Shown: piece after piece, positions 1 to 8,117 of the stretch
Numbering within the stretch: position 1 is the stretch's first letter
How the letters are laid out: each line of letters starts with the position of its first letter
Origin: Candidatus Firestoneibacteriota bacterium
Lineage (GTDB): Bacteria; Oederibacteriota; D2-FULL-39-29; JBDRBU01
Direction of reading: 5' to 3'
NCBI GenBank assembly: GCA_043822305.1
Contig: JBDRBU010000054.1
Span: 1-17,086 of the forward strand
Length of the DNA stretch: 17,086 bases
The notes under the pieces: model-generated
Seen by the model: only the letters and a program-made list of their open reading frames with translations
Databases searched by the model: none
What the model was told of the DNA's origin: nothing
Program-made: the position numbers and the translations under genes

Positions 1-1
1 A

Positions 2-403
2 TTATCAGGCATTGATCAAGAAAATTTAATTCATTTCTTATCTGCTTTAGGTTGTACAATTTTAATCGATCAAGTGATGTTTACCTATTTTAAAAATGAT
101 TATTTAGAATTTCAAAAAATGACTCTTTATCCAAAAATGAAAGTTGGGTGGATAAATGCTAATCCCTGGATGGTTTTTCATCAGAATGTAAGATTAAAGA
201 GGAGTTTGTATAGAGGCCAGGTTATAAAGGAATTTACAGAATTTTCAAAATTCTTTGTTCAAGACTTAAAAGAATTTTTTAATCAAAACGTATTTGAAAC
301 TGCAAATTGGAGTGCAGTAGAAAAAGCAATATTAAATGATTGTGGTGGAGAAGAGTATGGAGAAATATTTAGGTGTGAACTTTTAAACCAAAAAAATCTA
401 TGA
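2..403 (+). CDS. Hypothetical protein, 5'-partial (frame is open from the window start)
   Basis: Frame reads LSGIDQENLIHFLSALGCTILIDQVMFTYFK... with no stop from position 2; its stop overlaps the next ATG (ATGA at 400-403). Confidence 0.7.
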   Translation, partial: LSGIDQENLIHFLSALGCTILIDQVMFTYFKNDYLEFQKMTLYPKMKVGWINANPWMVFHQNVRLKRSLYRGQVIKEFTEFSKFFVQDLKEFFNQNVFETANWSAVEKAILNDCGGEEYGEIFRCELLNQKNL

Positions 404-867
404 CAATACACATACATCATGAGGATAATAAATGTCAAAAATGTTCTGCATTATTTATTCCTTTCAAAAAAGATTTTAAATGTCCTAAATGTGGGGAGTC
501 AACAAATGAATTTTTTGATTTTATTCCAGAACTCATTAGCTCAATGAAAATCCATAAAGCGATGTATGGTTCATATATGCCACCCGCCTGGTATACGGGT
601 TCTTTAGTAGAACACATACAAAATATTATCTTTGAGTTGTTCGACACTATGGAACAGCAAGTTTCGCCAAATCCAAGCGAATTTATAGTCAACTGGCTAA
701 ACAAAATTGAATGGGGAGATCAAAAATATTTAGGAAAACATATTGAAGATATCGCGTTGGCTACTTACCAAATTTATGAAAGTGATGGAAAGTTTAAAGA
801 TATTGAATACGAGAATACAAAAGAAGAAACAAAATCAAAAGGATTCTTTAAAAATTTTCTTCCATAG
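400..867 (+). CDS. Hypothetical protein with N-terminal zinc ribbon
   Basis: CQKC...CPKCG motifs; translationally coupled to the upstream ORF; followed by a hairpin. Confidence 0.75.
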   Translation: MTIHIHHEDNKCQKCSALFIPFKKDFKCPKCGESTNEFFDFIPELISSMKIHKAMYGSYMPPAWYTGSLVEHIQNIIFELFDTMEQQVSPNPSEFIVNWLNKIEWGDQKYLGKHIEDIALATYQIYESDGKFKDIEYENTKEETKSKGFFKNFLP

Positions 868-872
868 ACAAC

Positions 873-902
873 AAAAATATCTCTCAAAAAAAGATATTTT
901 TT
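873..902 (+). terminator. Probable intrinsic terminator
   Basis: AAAAATATCT (873-882) / AGATATTTTT (892-901) inverted repeat 5 nt after the stop codon. Confidence 0.5.
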
Positions 903-912
903 ATTAAATTTT

Positions 913-947
913 TTACCCGAGAGTTTTTCTTGGGTTTTTGATATTAT
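913..947 (+). promoter_or_regulatory. Conserved hairpin + extended -10 module, copy 1
   Basis: TTACCCGAGAGTTTTTCTTGGGTTTTTGATATTAT; near-identical to 9500-9534; lies upstream of ORF 974. Confidence 0.75.
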
Positions 948-973
948 AAATCTATAAAATAAAAAATTAAGAT

Positions 974-1516
974 ATGGGAGAGAATAAAATAGATAAAAAG
1001 AAATTAATTGAAAAATGGGCTGTCCGTTGCTTTTTAATAAACACAGGCGTTAATCCAACAGAGTCATTATTTATGCCTTATCCAGAAGAACCAGCAGATA
1101 TAATCTACGAGAATCAGGAGTTTCAAGTGACGACCGCACCCGCTGAAGTAGAAGCAGTGGTCGGACGGCTTGATAGAGAGGAAGTGGTGAAAATCGGTAA
1201 TACCGAGGGAGAATGGGTGAAGTTCGGTCCGATAAGAGTTAAGTCGTGGGGTAGTAGTTGTAACATAGAAGAAAGTTTTGATCTCTTCATTATCAAACCC
1301 ATTGAAAATAAGCTTGACCATTACGGACGGAAATCAACGCCAATAGCGTTAAAAGACATTAATCTTTTGATATTTTGTTATAATTCTATTGTTTCTCCTT
1401 GGAACGAGGAATTATTTGATGAGTTTAAAAAGAGCAAATCAGATTACTTTAAAAAGACGGGCTTCAAGAGTATTTATCTACTTGACCAAAAAACCAACAT
1501 AAAGATTTATCCTTAA
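974..1516 (+). CDS. Hypothetical protein, possible PD-(D/E)XK-fold nuclease
   Basis: 180-aa ORF containing EEPADIIYENQEFQVT (PD...Q/E-x-T-like motif); preceded by the repeated promoter module. Confidence 0.6.
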   Translation: MGENKIDKKKLIEKWAVRCFLINTGVNPTESLFMPYPEEPADIIYENQEFQVTTAPAEVEAVVGRLDREEVVKIGNTEGEWVKFGPIRVKSWGSSCNIEESFDLFIIKPIENKLDHYGRKSTPIALKDINLLIFCYNSIVSPWNEELFDEFKKSKSDYFKKTGFKSIYLLDQKTNIKIYP

Positions 1517-1570
1517 TTCTTTACCCTTTTTTATTTAAGCCAATAACTAAGTTATTTGTTTGAAGAAGTT

Positions 1571-1597
1571 AAAAAGCCACCATTTGGGTAGTTTTTT
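1571..1597. terminator. Bidirectional terminator-like hairpin
   Basis: AAAAAGCCACC-ATTTG-GGTAGTTTTTT between the ORF 974 stop and the minus-strand tail stop at 1600. Confidence 0.55.
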
Positions 1598-1599
1598 GA

Positions 1600-1680
1600 T
1601 TAAAAGGCAAAGTTCAATGATTTCATTTCTTCTTTAATCATATTCCAATTAATAGTTCTAAACGCGTCCTGTGAGGGGAG
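1600..1680 (-). mobile_element. Candidate att site S1 with orphan recombinase-like C-terminal tail (LPSQDAFRTINWNMIKEEMKSLNFAF*)
   Basis: Plus strand 1655-1679 GTTCTAAACGCGTCC-TGTGAGGGGA; homologous to S2-S5; the minus frame ends in TAA followed by a terminator. Confidence 0.6.
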
Positions 1681-1810
1681 AAGGGCCAGTAAAGTGTCCA
1701 AAGTGTGGCAATACACAATTGTACAACCATATGAAGATGATCTTATGATTGTGAATTGTCCTCGTTGTAAAGAAGGGAAGCTGATATCAAAAAGAGAATG
1801 GATTTCTTAA
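1677..1810 (+). pseudogene. 5'-truncated, frameshifted zinc-ribbon gene fragment
   Basis: GEGPVKCPKCGNTQ, then a frame change, then VQPYEDDLMIVNCPRCKEGKLISKREWIS*; it begins at the GGGGAG end of site S1. Confidence 0.55.
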
Positions 1811-1963
1811 AATCCTCGCGTGCGCGCGCGTAAAAGCGTAGGGAAACCCCTAATCCAGCCATAAAACGTAATAATTATTAGAAGAGGATGGTTTTCTTAA
1901 TCCTCACGCGCATACGCGTAAAAGTGTTCAGAAACTCTTAATCCAATCATAAAAAGTAATAAT
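1792..1963. repeat. Imperfect tandem duplication, two units of about 82-84 bp with CG-rich core
   Basis: 1792-1875 AAGAGAATGGATTTCTTAAAATCCTCGCGTGCGCGCGCGTAAAAG...CATAAAACGTAATAAT versus 1882-1963 AAGAGGATGGTTTTCTTAATCCTCACGCGCATACGCGTAAAAG...CATAAAAAGTAATAAT. Confidence 0.85.
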
Positions 1964-1971
1964 CAAAGAAT

Positions 1972-2292
1972 ATGATATGTGCTTATTGTAGAGAAGAGAT
2001 AAAAAATAATCGTATATCAGCTGCGAGTAGGTATTTTTGTTCTCAGATTTATTATTTACGTTTCCTTAAGGAGGAAATGCCAAATTTGGGTGGGATTTGG
2101 ATTTCAGACGAAGATATAAAGAAAGCAGAACAACTTCAAGGGCAAGAGCAAGATGATTTTTGTTCTCAAAAGATTTTTTCTATTTTAGATAATTTTAATT
2201 CAACTCCACTTATGTCTAAATTACTTGATGGTGAAAAACCCAATGGTTCTGAAAACAACAATGACTCTAACGGTGACGTAAATAAACAGTGA
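1972..2292 (+). CDS. Hypothetical protein with degenerate CxxC...YFCS metal-binding motif
   Basis: MICAYC...RYFCSQ resembles a TRASH/YHS-type motif; followed by a terminator-like hairpin. Confidence 0.5.
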   Translation: MICAYCREEIKNNRISAASRYFCSQIYYLRFLKEEMPNLGGIWISDEDIKKAEQLQGQEQDDFCSQKIFSILDNFNSTPLMSKLLDGEKPNGSENNNDSNGDVNKQ

Positions 2293-2339
2293 GTGGGATA
2301 ATGAGATACAATGAGACACCTTCAAAATAGATAAAAAAG

Positions 2340-2362
2340 ATGCTTATAAATGAAGCATTTTT
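2340..2362 (+). terminator. Possible intrinsic terminator
   Basis: ATGCTT-ATAAATG-AAGCAT followed by a T run, with an A run upstream. Confidence 0.4.
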
Positions 2363-2505
2363 AGCTATATAATTTGGGCTTGCGACTAATTGTAAGTATA
2401 ATAGAGTTACATGAAGAAAATGATTTTTATAAGACTAATGGAAAAAGATTAGAATGAATAAAGAAGAATCTAATAAATTTCTTAACAAGGTAAAAATTAA
2501 ATAGA

Positions 2506-5007
2506 ATGGAAAATAATCGTTTAACTTATATCAGTTTATTCAGCGGGGGCGGTATTGGATGTTTTGGTTTTAACCAAGAGGGTTTTGATTGTATAGCTAC
2601 AAATGAAATTATAGAAAAAAGACTTAACATACAAAAATATAATAAGATTTGCAAATATAAATCTGGTTATATAGGTGGAGACATAAAAGAAGATTATATA
2701 AAAAAAGCTATTTTTTTAGAAATCAAAAAGTGGAAAAACAAAGAGAGATTAAGTGAGGTGGATGTTCTTGTAGCTACTCCCCCTTGTCAAGGAATATCTA
2801 TCGCTAATCATAAAAAGAAAAATGAAAAAGATAGAAACTCTTTAATAGTAGAATCCATAAAGTTAACTAAAGAAGTTAATCCCAAATTTTTTGTTTTTGA
2901 AAATGTAAAATCTTTTTTAAATACAATTTGTATCGATATTGATAACAAAGATAAACCAATAAAAGAAGTTATAGAAAGAAATTTGGCCGGTAATTATAAT
3001 ATTTTGTATAAGGTTATAAATTTTAGAGATTATGGGAATAATTCCAGTAGAACCAGAACATTAGTTATAGGTGCAAGAAAAGACATCAAGGAGGTGAATC
3101 CTTACGATGTTTTTCCTGAAAAAAAGAGTGGAAAAATCTTAAAAGAAACAATTGGAGAATTGCCACGACTTGAAATAATGGGCGAGATTAGTAAGAATGA
3201 TTTTTATCATAGTTTTAGGCCATATAAGAAATATATGATGGATTGGATAAAAGACTTGAAAGAGGGAGAGTCTGCTTTCGGTAATAAAGATCCAAATAAA
3301 AGGCCTCATCGAATAGTAAACGGAGAGAAAATTAATAATAAAAATAAAAATGGAGATAAGTATACGAGGTGCTTTTGGAACAAGATAGGGCCTTGTATAC
3401 ATACGAGGAATGATGTTTTGGCTAGTCAATCGACAATACATCCTAGCGACAATAGGGTTTTTAGTATTAGAGAATTAATGAAATTAATGACAATACCAGA
3501 TAATTTTAAATGGGTTGATTTAGATCTTGATACCATAAATTCTTTAAACTTAAATGAAAAAAGAAAATTGTTATCCGTAAACGAGTTGAATATACGTCAA
3601 TCAATAGGAGAAGCAGTCCCAACTGTTATTTTTACTCAAATCGCAAAAAAAATTAAAAAAATAACAAATAAAAATTTTTTAGACGCTAAAAAAACTAAAG
3701 AAATAATAGAAAAAAATAATCTAAAAGATGCTAGTAAACTAAAAGATTATATAAAAATCAATTTAGATAATTACTTTTTGCCAGACTTGTTTAAAATATC
3801 GGAGTTGGCTAATTCCCAAAGGATAAGTAATTCTGCTTTTTATACAAAGCAAAATATTTGTTTTTCTCTACTCAAAGAATTGCCTGACTTTAAAGAAAAA
3901 AAATATATAAGAATTTTAGAACCATCCGTGGGGGTAGGTAATTTTTTGCCGCTTATAATCAAAAAATACGAGCATGTCGAAGAAGTAGATATAGATGTAA
4001 TTGACTTAGATAAAAGTGCTCTCGATGTTCTGAAAATACTAATTAAGAAAATAAGAGTTCCTAAAAACTTCAAGATAAATTTTATAAATTCCGATTTTTT
4101 AATGACAAACTTTAATAGCAGATACGATTTAATTATTGGGAATCCGCCTTTCGGAAAAGTTAAGAATAATCCAAAACTATTAGAGAAATATAAATTAGAT
4201 AAATTTAACAAAAAGACGAACAACATCTGTTCTTTTTTCTTGGAAAAGGCCATTAAAAATGGGGATTGGGTCGCATTAATATTACCTAAAAGTATTTTAT
4301 CTGCGCCAGAATTTGATGATACTAGAAAACTTTTATCCGATTACGCATTCAAGACATTAATAGACTATGGGGAAAAAGGTTTCAAAGAGGTAAAAATAGA
4401 AACCATATCTATTATCTTAAATACGAAAAGAGTTAAAGTAGATAATATAATCAAAATCGAATCTTATATTACTAATAGTATATATTTTAAAGAACAAAAA
4501 TATATATTTTCTAACAACTTTCCAGTTTGGCTAATTTATAGGAATAATTTTTTTGATGACATTTGTAGAAAATTAAAGTTCGGCTTATTCAATGTTTTTA
4601 GAGACAGAAAAATCACGAAGAAGCATACAAAAAATAAAGGTAAAATTAGAGTTTTAAAATCAAGGAATATTGCCAATAATCATATTTTGGATATTAAAAA
4701 TTACGATACATATATAGATAGTCTAGAAAATTTACAAGTTTCTAAATTCATAAACAAAGAAAATGTAGTTTTAGTGCCTAATTTAACATATAATCCAAGG
4801 GCTTGTTTTTTAGCAAAAAAATCTATAACAGATGGTTCGGTCGCAATTTTAACTCCCAAAGTAGATGAATTAATATCAAAAGAAGATTTAGAATATTATA
4901 ATAGTAAAGAATTCAAGGACTTTTATTTGCTTTCGAGAAATTTAGGCACAAGATCTTTAAATATTGATAAAAATTCCGTTTATTTTTTCGGTGTTTTAAA
5001 AAGATGA
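2506..5007 (+). CDS. Bifunctional DNA methyltransferase: N-terminal C5-cytosine MTase fused to C-terminal N6-adenine (gamma-class) MTase, M.HpyAV/Hin4II-like
   Basis: C5 motifs: LFSGGG (I), PPCQ (IV), ENV (VI), SRTR (VIII), IGEAVP (X). Amino-MTase motifs: FYT, LEPSVGVGNFL (I), IIGNPPF (IV). Confidence 0.93.
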   Translation: MENNRLTYISLFSGGGIGCFGFNQEGFDCIATNEIIEKRLNIQKYNKICKYKSGYIGGDIKEDYIKKAIFLEIKKWKNKERLSEVDVLVATPPCQGISIANHKKKNEKDRNSLIVESIKLTKEVNPKFFVFENVKSFLNTICIDIDNKDKPIKEVIERNLAGNYNILYKVINFRDYGNNSSRTRTLVIGARKDIKEVNPYDVFPEKKSGKILKETIGELPRLEIMGEISKNDFYHSFRPYKKYMMDWIKDLKEGESAFGNKDPNKRPHRIVNGEKINNKNKNGDKYTRCFWNKIGPCIHTRNDVLASQSTIHPSDNRVFSIRELMKLMTIPDNFKWVDLDLDTINSLNLNEKRKLLSVNELNIRQSIGEAVPTVIFTQIAKKIKKITNKNFLDAKKTKEIIEKNNLKDASKLKDYIKINLDNYFLPDLFKISELANSQRISNSAFYTKQNICFSLLKELPDFKEKKYIRILEPSVGVGNFLPLIIKKYEHVEEVDIDVIDLDKSALDVLKILIKKIRVPKNFKINFINSDFLMTNFNSRYDLIIGNPPFGKVKNNPKLLEKYKLDKFNKKTNNICSFFLEKAIKNGDWVALILPKSILSAPEFDDTRKLLSDYAFKTLIDYGEKGFKEVKIETISIILNTKRVKVDNIIKIESYITNSIYFKEQKYIFSNNFPVWLIYRNNFFDDICRKLKFGLFNVFRDRKITKKHTKNKGKIRVLKSRNIANNHILDIKNYDTYIDSLENLQVSKFINKENVVLVPNLTYNPRACFLAKKSITDGSVAILTPKVDELISKEDLEYYNSKEFKDFYLLSRNLGTRSLNIDKNSVYFFGVLKR

Positions 5008-5567
5008 TTATGATAGGAATCATAATAACAGAAGAAATGCGCCAACAAGCTAAAATTGAGACTAAAAAAAGAGACTCATTTATTAAGCATCATTTTGAAG
5101 TAAACCATCTTAGTAAAAATGAAAGAGATGAAATAGGATTTTTAGGAGAATTCGCTTGTTGCATTTTATTTGGCATCGATTGGAAAAAAAACATAAGAGA
5201 TAATTATCTTACAATTGACAATTTCGATTTAATAATTAAAAAATTTAGAGTAGATGTAAAATGCGAAACGGTGCCATATAATTATGCACAAAAAATACTA
5301 ACGAGATCTATCAAAGACGATGAACTTTATGGCAGACGCCTAATAAACGAGGGACAATTCAACATTCTTAATAAATATGACATTGTTATTTTTAGTTTAT
5401 TTATTAGGGATAGGATAGATATATGGTATCCAATCGGATATTTAGAAACAAAAATAATTTTAACTAATTATCAACCTACTTTTCAGAGGTCCGATGGAGG
5501 TAGCTATCCTTTTTCTGGTTCTCCTGTACCTACATCTATTCTAAAACCAATTAATAATCTTTTATGA
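5004..5567 (+). CDS. Putative PD-(D/E)XK endonuclease within the R-M operon
   Basis: GFLGEFA helix followed by FD...VDVK catalytic-like motif; ATGA overlaps with both neighbouring genes. Confidence 0.65.
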   Translation: MIMIGIIITEEMRQQAKIETKKRDSFIKHHFEVNHLSKNERDEIGFLGEFACCILFGIDWKKNIRDNYLTIDNFDLIIKKFRVDVKCETVPYNYAQKILTRSIKDDELYGRRLINEGQFNILNKYDIVIFSLFIRDRIDIWYPIGYLETKIILTNYQPTFQRSDGGSYPFSGSPVPTSILKPINNLL

Positions 5568-6754
5568 ATAATGAAAAAATTAAAGAATATTTAGAAAAAG
5601 TTAATTTAGACATTAGACAAACGAAAGATGCCAGATTTATGGATCAAAAGGTGACGCCTGATGTTCTTTGTATTATTGCTGATTGTATAACGAACTATAT
5701 TGAATCTATTGAAAACGAAAATAGAGAATTTACAACTAAAGATATTTGGAGTTATCAATATTCTAACGATAACGTAAAAGCTATTTTCAATAAGCCCGAT
5801 GTTTTAGATAGAAGTGCTAAAAGCGAATACGACAAATTTTTTCAACAACCGTTAAAGGCGTTAGCCTATTCTAATGTTTTATTTTGTGAGAAAAGAGGAA
5901 ATAAAAATTATTTTAAGGTTAAAAATAAAAATCTTTTAAAATATATATCTATCAAAGAAAGAAACGCATTAGAGTTTTTATTGTTATATCTTGAGAAAGT
6001 ATTAAGAGATAGTGATATTTGGAAATATTTCGAAGATTTTTTTAAAAACAATGATAAGCAACACTTTAACGAGTTGAAGAAAAATTATGAAGATTTTATT
6101 TTAGAAAACACTTCTATAAAAGGCAGAGTGGAAATTCGTAGAATTTTTACGAAAGTCTTAAATCCATTAGCTTATATTGGTGAACTACACGGGACCGAGA
6201 GAGGATTTTTTTCTAGATTTCCTATTGATTATTCTAGCTTAATGTATAATCGCAGAAATTGGCGTGATATAGCAAAAGTAAAAAATGAAACAAGGGATCA
6301 ATACGAAGCAAGAGCTCAAAATCAAGTGTTTGCTTACACTAATTATTCTATACAAAAAGCTAAGAATATAATTAGGAGTTTATATCATTCTAATAGTGAA
6401 GTTCATGATGAATTTGCTAACGACAAAGCTAATCAGGTGCATCATATTTTTATGGCCTCTGATTATCCAGAAATCGCTTTTTATTTAGAAAACTTAATAT
6501 TACTTACTGCAAATCAACACCTAACTCACGCACATACAGACAATAATACAAGAACGATTGATAAAGACTATCAATTAATTTGTCTTGTATCAAAAAGTGA
6601 ATCAATCGAGCAATCGCTAGCCAAAAATGAGCCGATCTATTCGAAAGAGGACTTTTTATTTGTATTAGAAAGTGGCCTAAAAGTAAAACTTAGTAATTCC
6701 ATTAACTTTCAAGAAATAAGGGACGAGCTGATGACAATATATAATAAAAACTAA
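5564..6754 (+). CDS. HNH-type Type IIS restriction endonuclease, HpyAV/Hin4II-like
   Basis: QVHHIF...ENLILLTANQH HNH motif near residue 290-320 of 396 aa; operonic with the fused m5C/m6A MTase. The family call comes from architecture, not a database search. Confidence 0.8.
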   Translation: MNNEKIKEYLEKVNLDIRQTKDARFMDQKVTPDVLCIIADCITNYIESIENENREFTTKDIWSYQYSNDNVKAIFNKPDVLDRSAKSEYDKFFQQPLKALAYSNVLFCEKRGNKNYFKVKNKNLLKYISIKERNALEFLLLYLEKVLRDSDIWKYFEDFFKNNDKQHFNELKKNYEDFILENTSIKGRVEIRRIFTKVLNPLAYIGELHGTERGFFSRFPIDYSSLMYNRRNWRDIAKVKNETRDQYEARAQNQVFAYTNYSIQKAKNIIRSLYHSNSEVHDEFANDKANQVHHIFMASDYPEIAFYLENLILLTANQHLTHAHTDNNTRTIDKDYQLICLVSKSESIEQSLAKNEPIYSKEDFLFVLESGLKVKLSNSINFQEIRDELMTIYNKN

Positions 6755-6756
6755 TT

Positions 6757-6849
6757 ATGAAAGCTATAATCTTAGCCAGAGTTTCACAAGAAGCTAAAAG
6801 GATTAAAAATATGAAAGCTGTAATACTCTTAAGAGTTTTAATAAAATAA
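6757..6849 (+). pseudogene. Two tandem serine-recombinase N-terminal stubs (MKAIILARVS...MKAVILLRVL*)
   Basis: 30-codon ORF; MKAIILARVS matches the serine-recombinase catalytic strand (Y/L-A-R-V-S); a second degenerate copy starts in frame at 6811. Confidence 0.6.
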
Positions 6850-6858
6850 AAAATTAAT

Positions 6859-6924
6859 ATGTCGCTATCAAAAGAATCAATTAAAGAATTTAAGAAAATC
6901 TATAAAAAAAATATAAGAATTTGA
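6859..6924 (+). pseudogene. Truncated paralogue of the small helical protein family (MSLSKESIKEFKKIYKKNIRI*)
   Basis: EFKKIYKK and DNA GAATTTAAGAAAATcTATAAAAAA are shared with ORF 10166/10181. Confidence 0.6.
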
Positions 6925-6955
6925 AAACAAGGCGAACTCGGTTTCGTCCTATATT

Positions 6956-7141
6956 ATGGTTCAAGTTCCAAAAAACAGAATTTTAAATCTTCAGCGGATA
7001 CTTAAAGAAGAATATGGTAAAAAGCTTTCGTTCGCTGAAGCCACGGAGGCCGCTAATAATCTTGTCGGATTTTTTGATTTATTGGCGGAAATAGATACAA
7101 GAGATAAAGGGAAGGGCAAAATAAAAAAGCAAAAGAGATAA
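6956..7141 (+). CDS. Small helical hypothetical protein (paralogue of 10166-10351)
   Basis: KEEYGKKLSFAEATEAANNLVGFFDLLAEIDTR aligns with KKEAGEEISDREAYEKGNNLVNFFRLLYKIDRR. Confidence 0.75.
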   Translation: MVQVPKNRILNLQRILKEEYGKKLSFAEATEAANNLVGFFDLLAEIDTRDKGKGKIKKQKR

Positions 7142-7149
7142 TTTTAATT

Positions 7150-8085
7150 ATGAGATGTCATTATGTTCCCCAATTTTATTTAAGGAATTTTGCAATACAT
7201 AGTAAGCCAAAACATGTTTATGCATACAGGCGCAAGTATGATCCTTTCGAAACAAAGATTAGTACGGTGGCAGCCAAAAACGATCTCTATATTTTTAAAG
7301 ATAAGAATACTGGTAAAAAGAATGACGAGATCGAAAAAATGTTCGCTTGGATTGAAAGTTCATCAGCACCAATAATAAACCGAATTATTAGTCAAGATTC
7401 TTTTAGTATCTCATCATTATCAAATCAGGAACAGATTGTTCTAGCAAATTTTATTGCTTTTTTACATACACGAAATTTATCCTTTCGAGAGCAACAAAAA
7501 AATCTTTATTCGGCAGGAATTAAAATTAATCTAAAAATAAAAGCAGAAGACGAAAAAGTTTTTAAGCAGGATATTAAAGATGCTCAAATTAAAATTGAAA
7601 GTGACAAAGAAATTGAAGACTTGCGACAGAGTATTCTGGATTTTGATAAGCATTTTAAAATAGGATATGACAAGAGTAGTAATGATTTTTTTCTAAAACA
7701 GTCACTTTTGCTCTCTTTAAAATTAAGCCCAATTATTTTTAATAAGGAATGGCATCTTTTGGAGTCAGATAGTGGCAGGGTCTTCATAACTTCGGATAAT
7801 CCTGTATCCCTAATACGTCCAGAAAATCTTCCACCATTTTATGGAGTAGGGTTTATAAATGGGCATATAGCGGTGCCTCTTTCTCCTTATAAATGCCTCC
7901 TATTAAAAAATGGCAAGGATGGTGCAGAAAAATTAAAGATTGATAGGAATACCGTGAATTTTTTTAATAGACATGTTATGTTTTTTGCACATAAATTTGT
8001 CTACTCCAGTTTACTTTCCAAAGACACTCAAGATGATTTTAATAAGACCAAAGAAGGTGCAAGCGAACAAGTGATTATAAATTAA
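7150..8085 (+). CDS. DUF4238 domain-containing protein
   Basis: N-terminal HYVPQFYLRNF and internal FITSDNPV signature motifs. Confidence 0.88.
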   Translation: MRCHYVPQFYLRNFAIHSKPKHVYAYRRKYDPFETKISTVAAKNDLYIFKDKNTGKKNDEIEKMFAWIESSSAPIINRIISQDSFSISSLSNQEQIVLANFIAFLHTRNLSFREQQKNLYSAGIKINLKIKAEDEKVFKQDIKDAQIKIESDKEIEDLRQSILDFDKHFKIGYDKSSNDFFLKQSLLLSLKLSPIIFNKEWHLLESDSGRVFITSDNPVSLIRPENLPPFYGVGFINGHIAVPLSPYKCLLLKNGKDGAEKLKIDRNTVNFFNRHVMFFAHKFVYSSLLSKDTQDDFNKTKEGASEQVIIN

Positions 8086-8117
8086 AATTTATTTTTATTA
8101 GCAGAAGCAAAACAAAT

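Noticed and set aside
1792..1963. CRISPR array
   Set aside because: Only two long imperfect units with no spacers and no cas genes; no regularly spaced repeats were seen anywhere in the window.
2300..2319. AATGAGATAC/AATGAGACAC 10-bp tandem as an integrase arm site
   Set aside because: Two short copies only, with no tyrosine integrase or matching copies seen.
6718..6754. REase C-terminus RDELMT as another DxxRT tail
   Set aside because: Only GGACGA matches; the AGAAC half and the acceptor-like 10-mer are absent.
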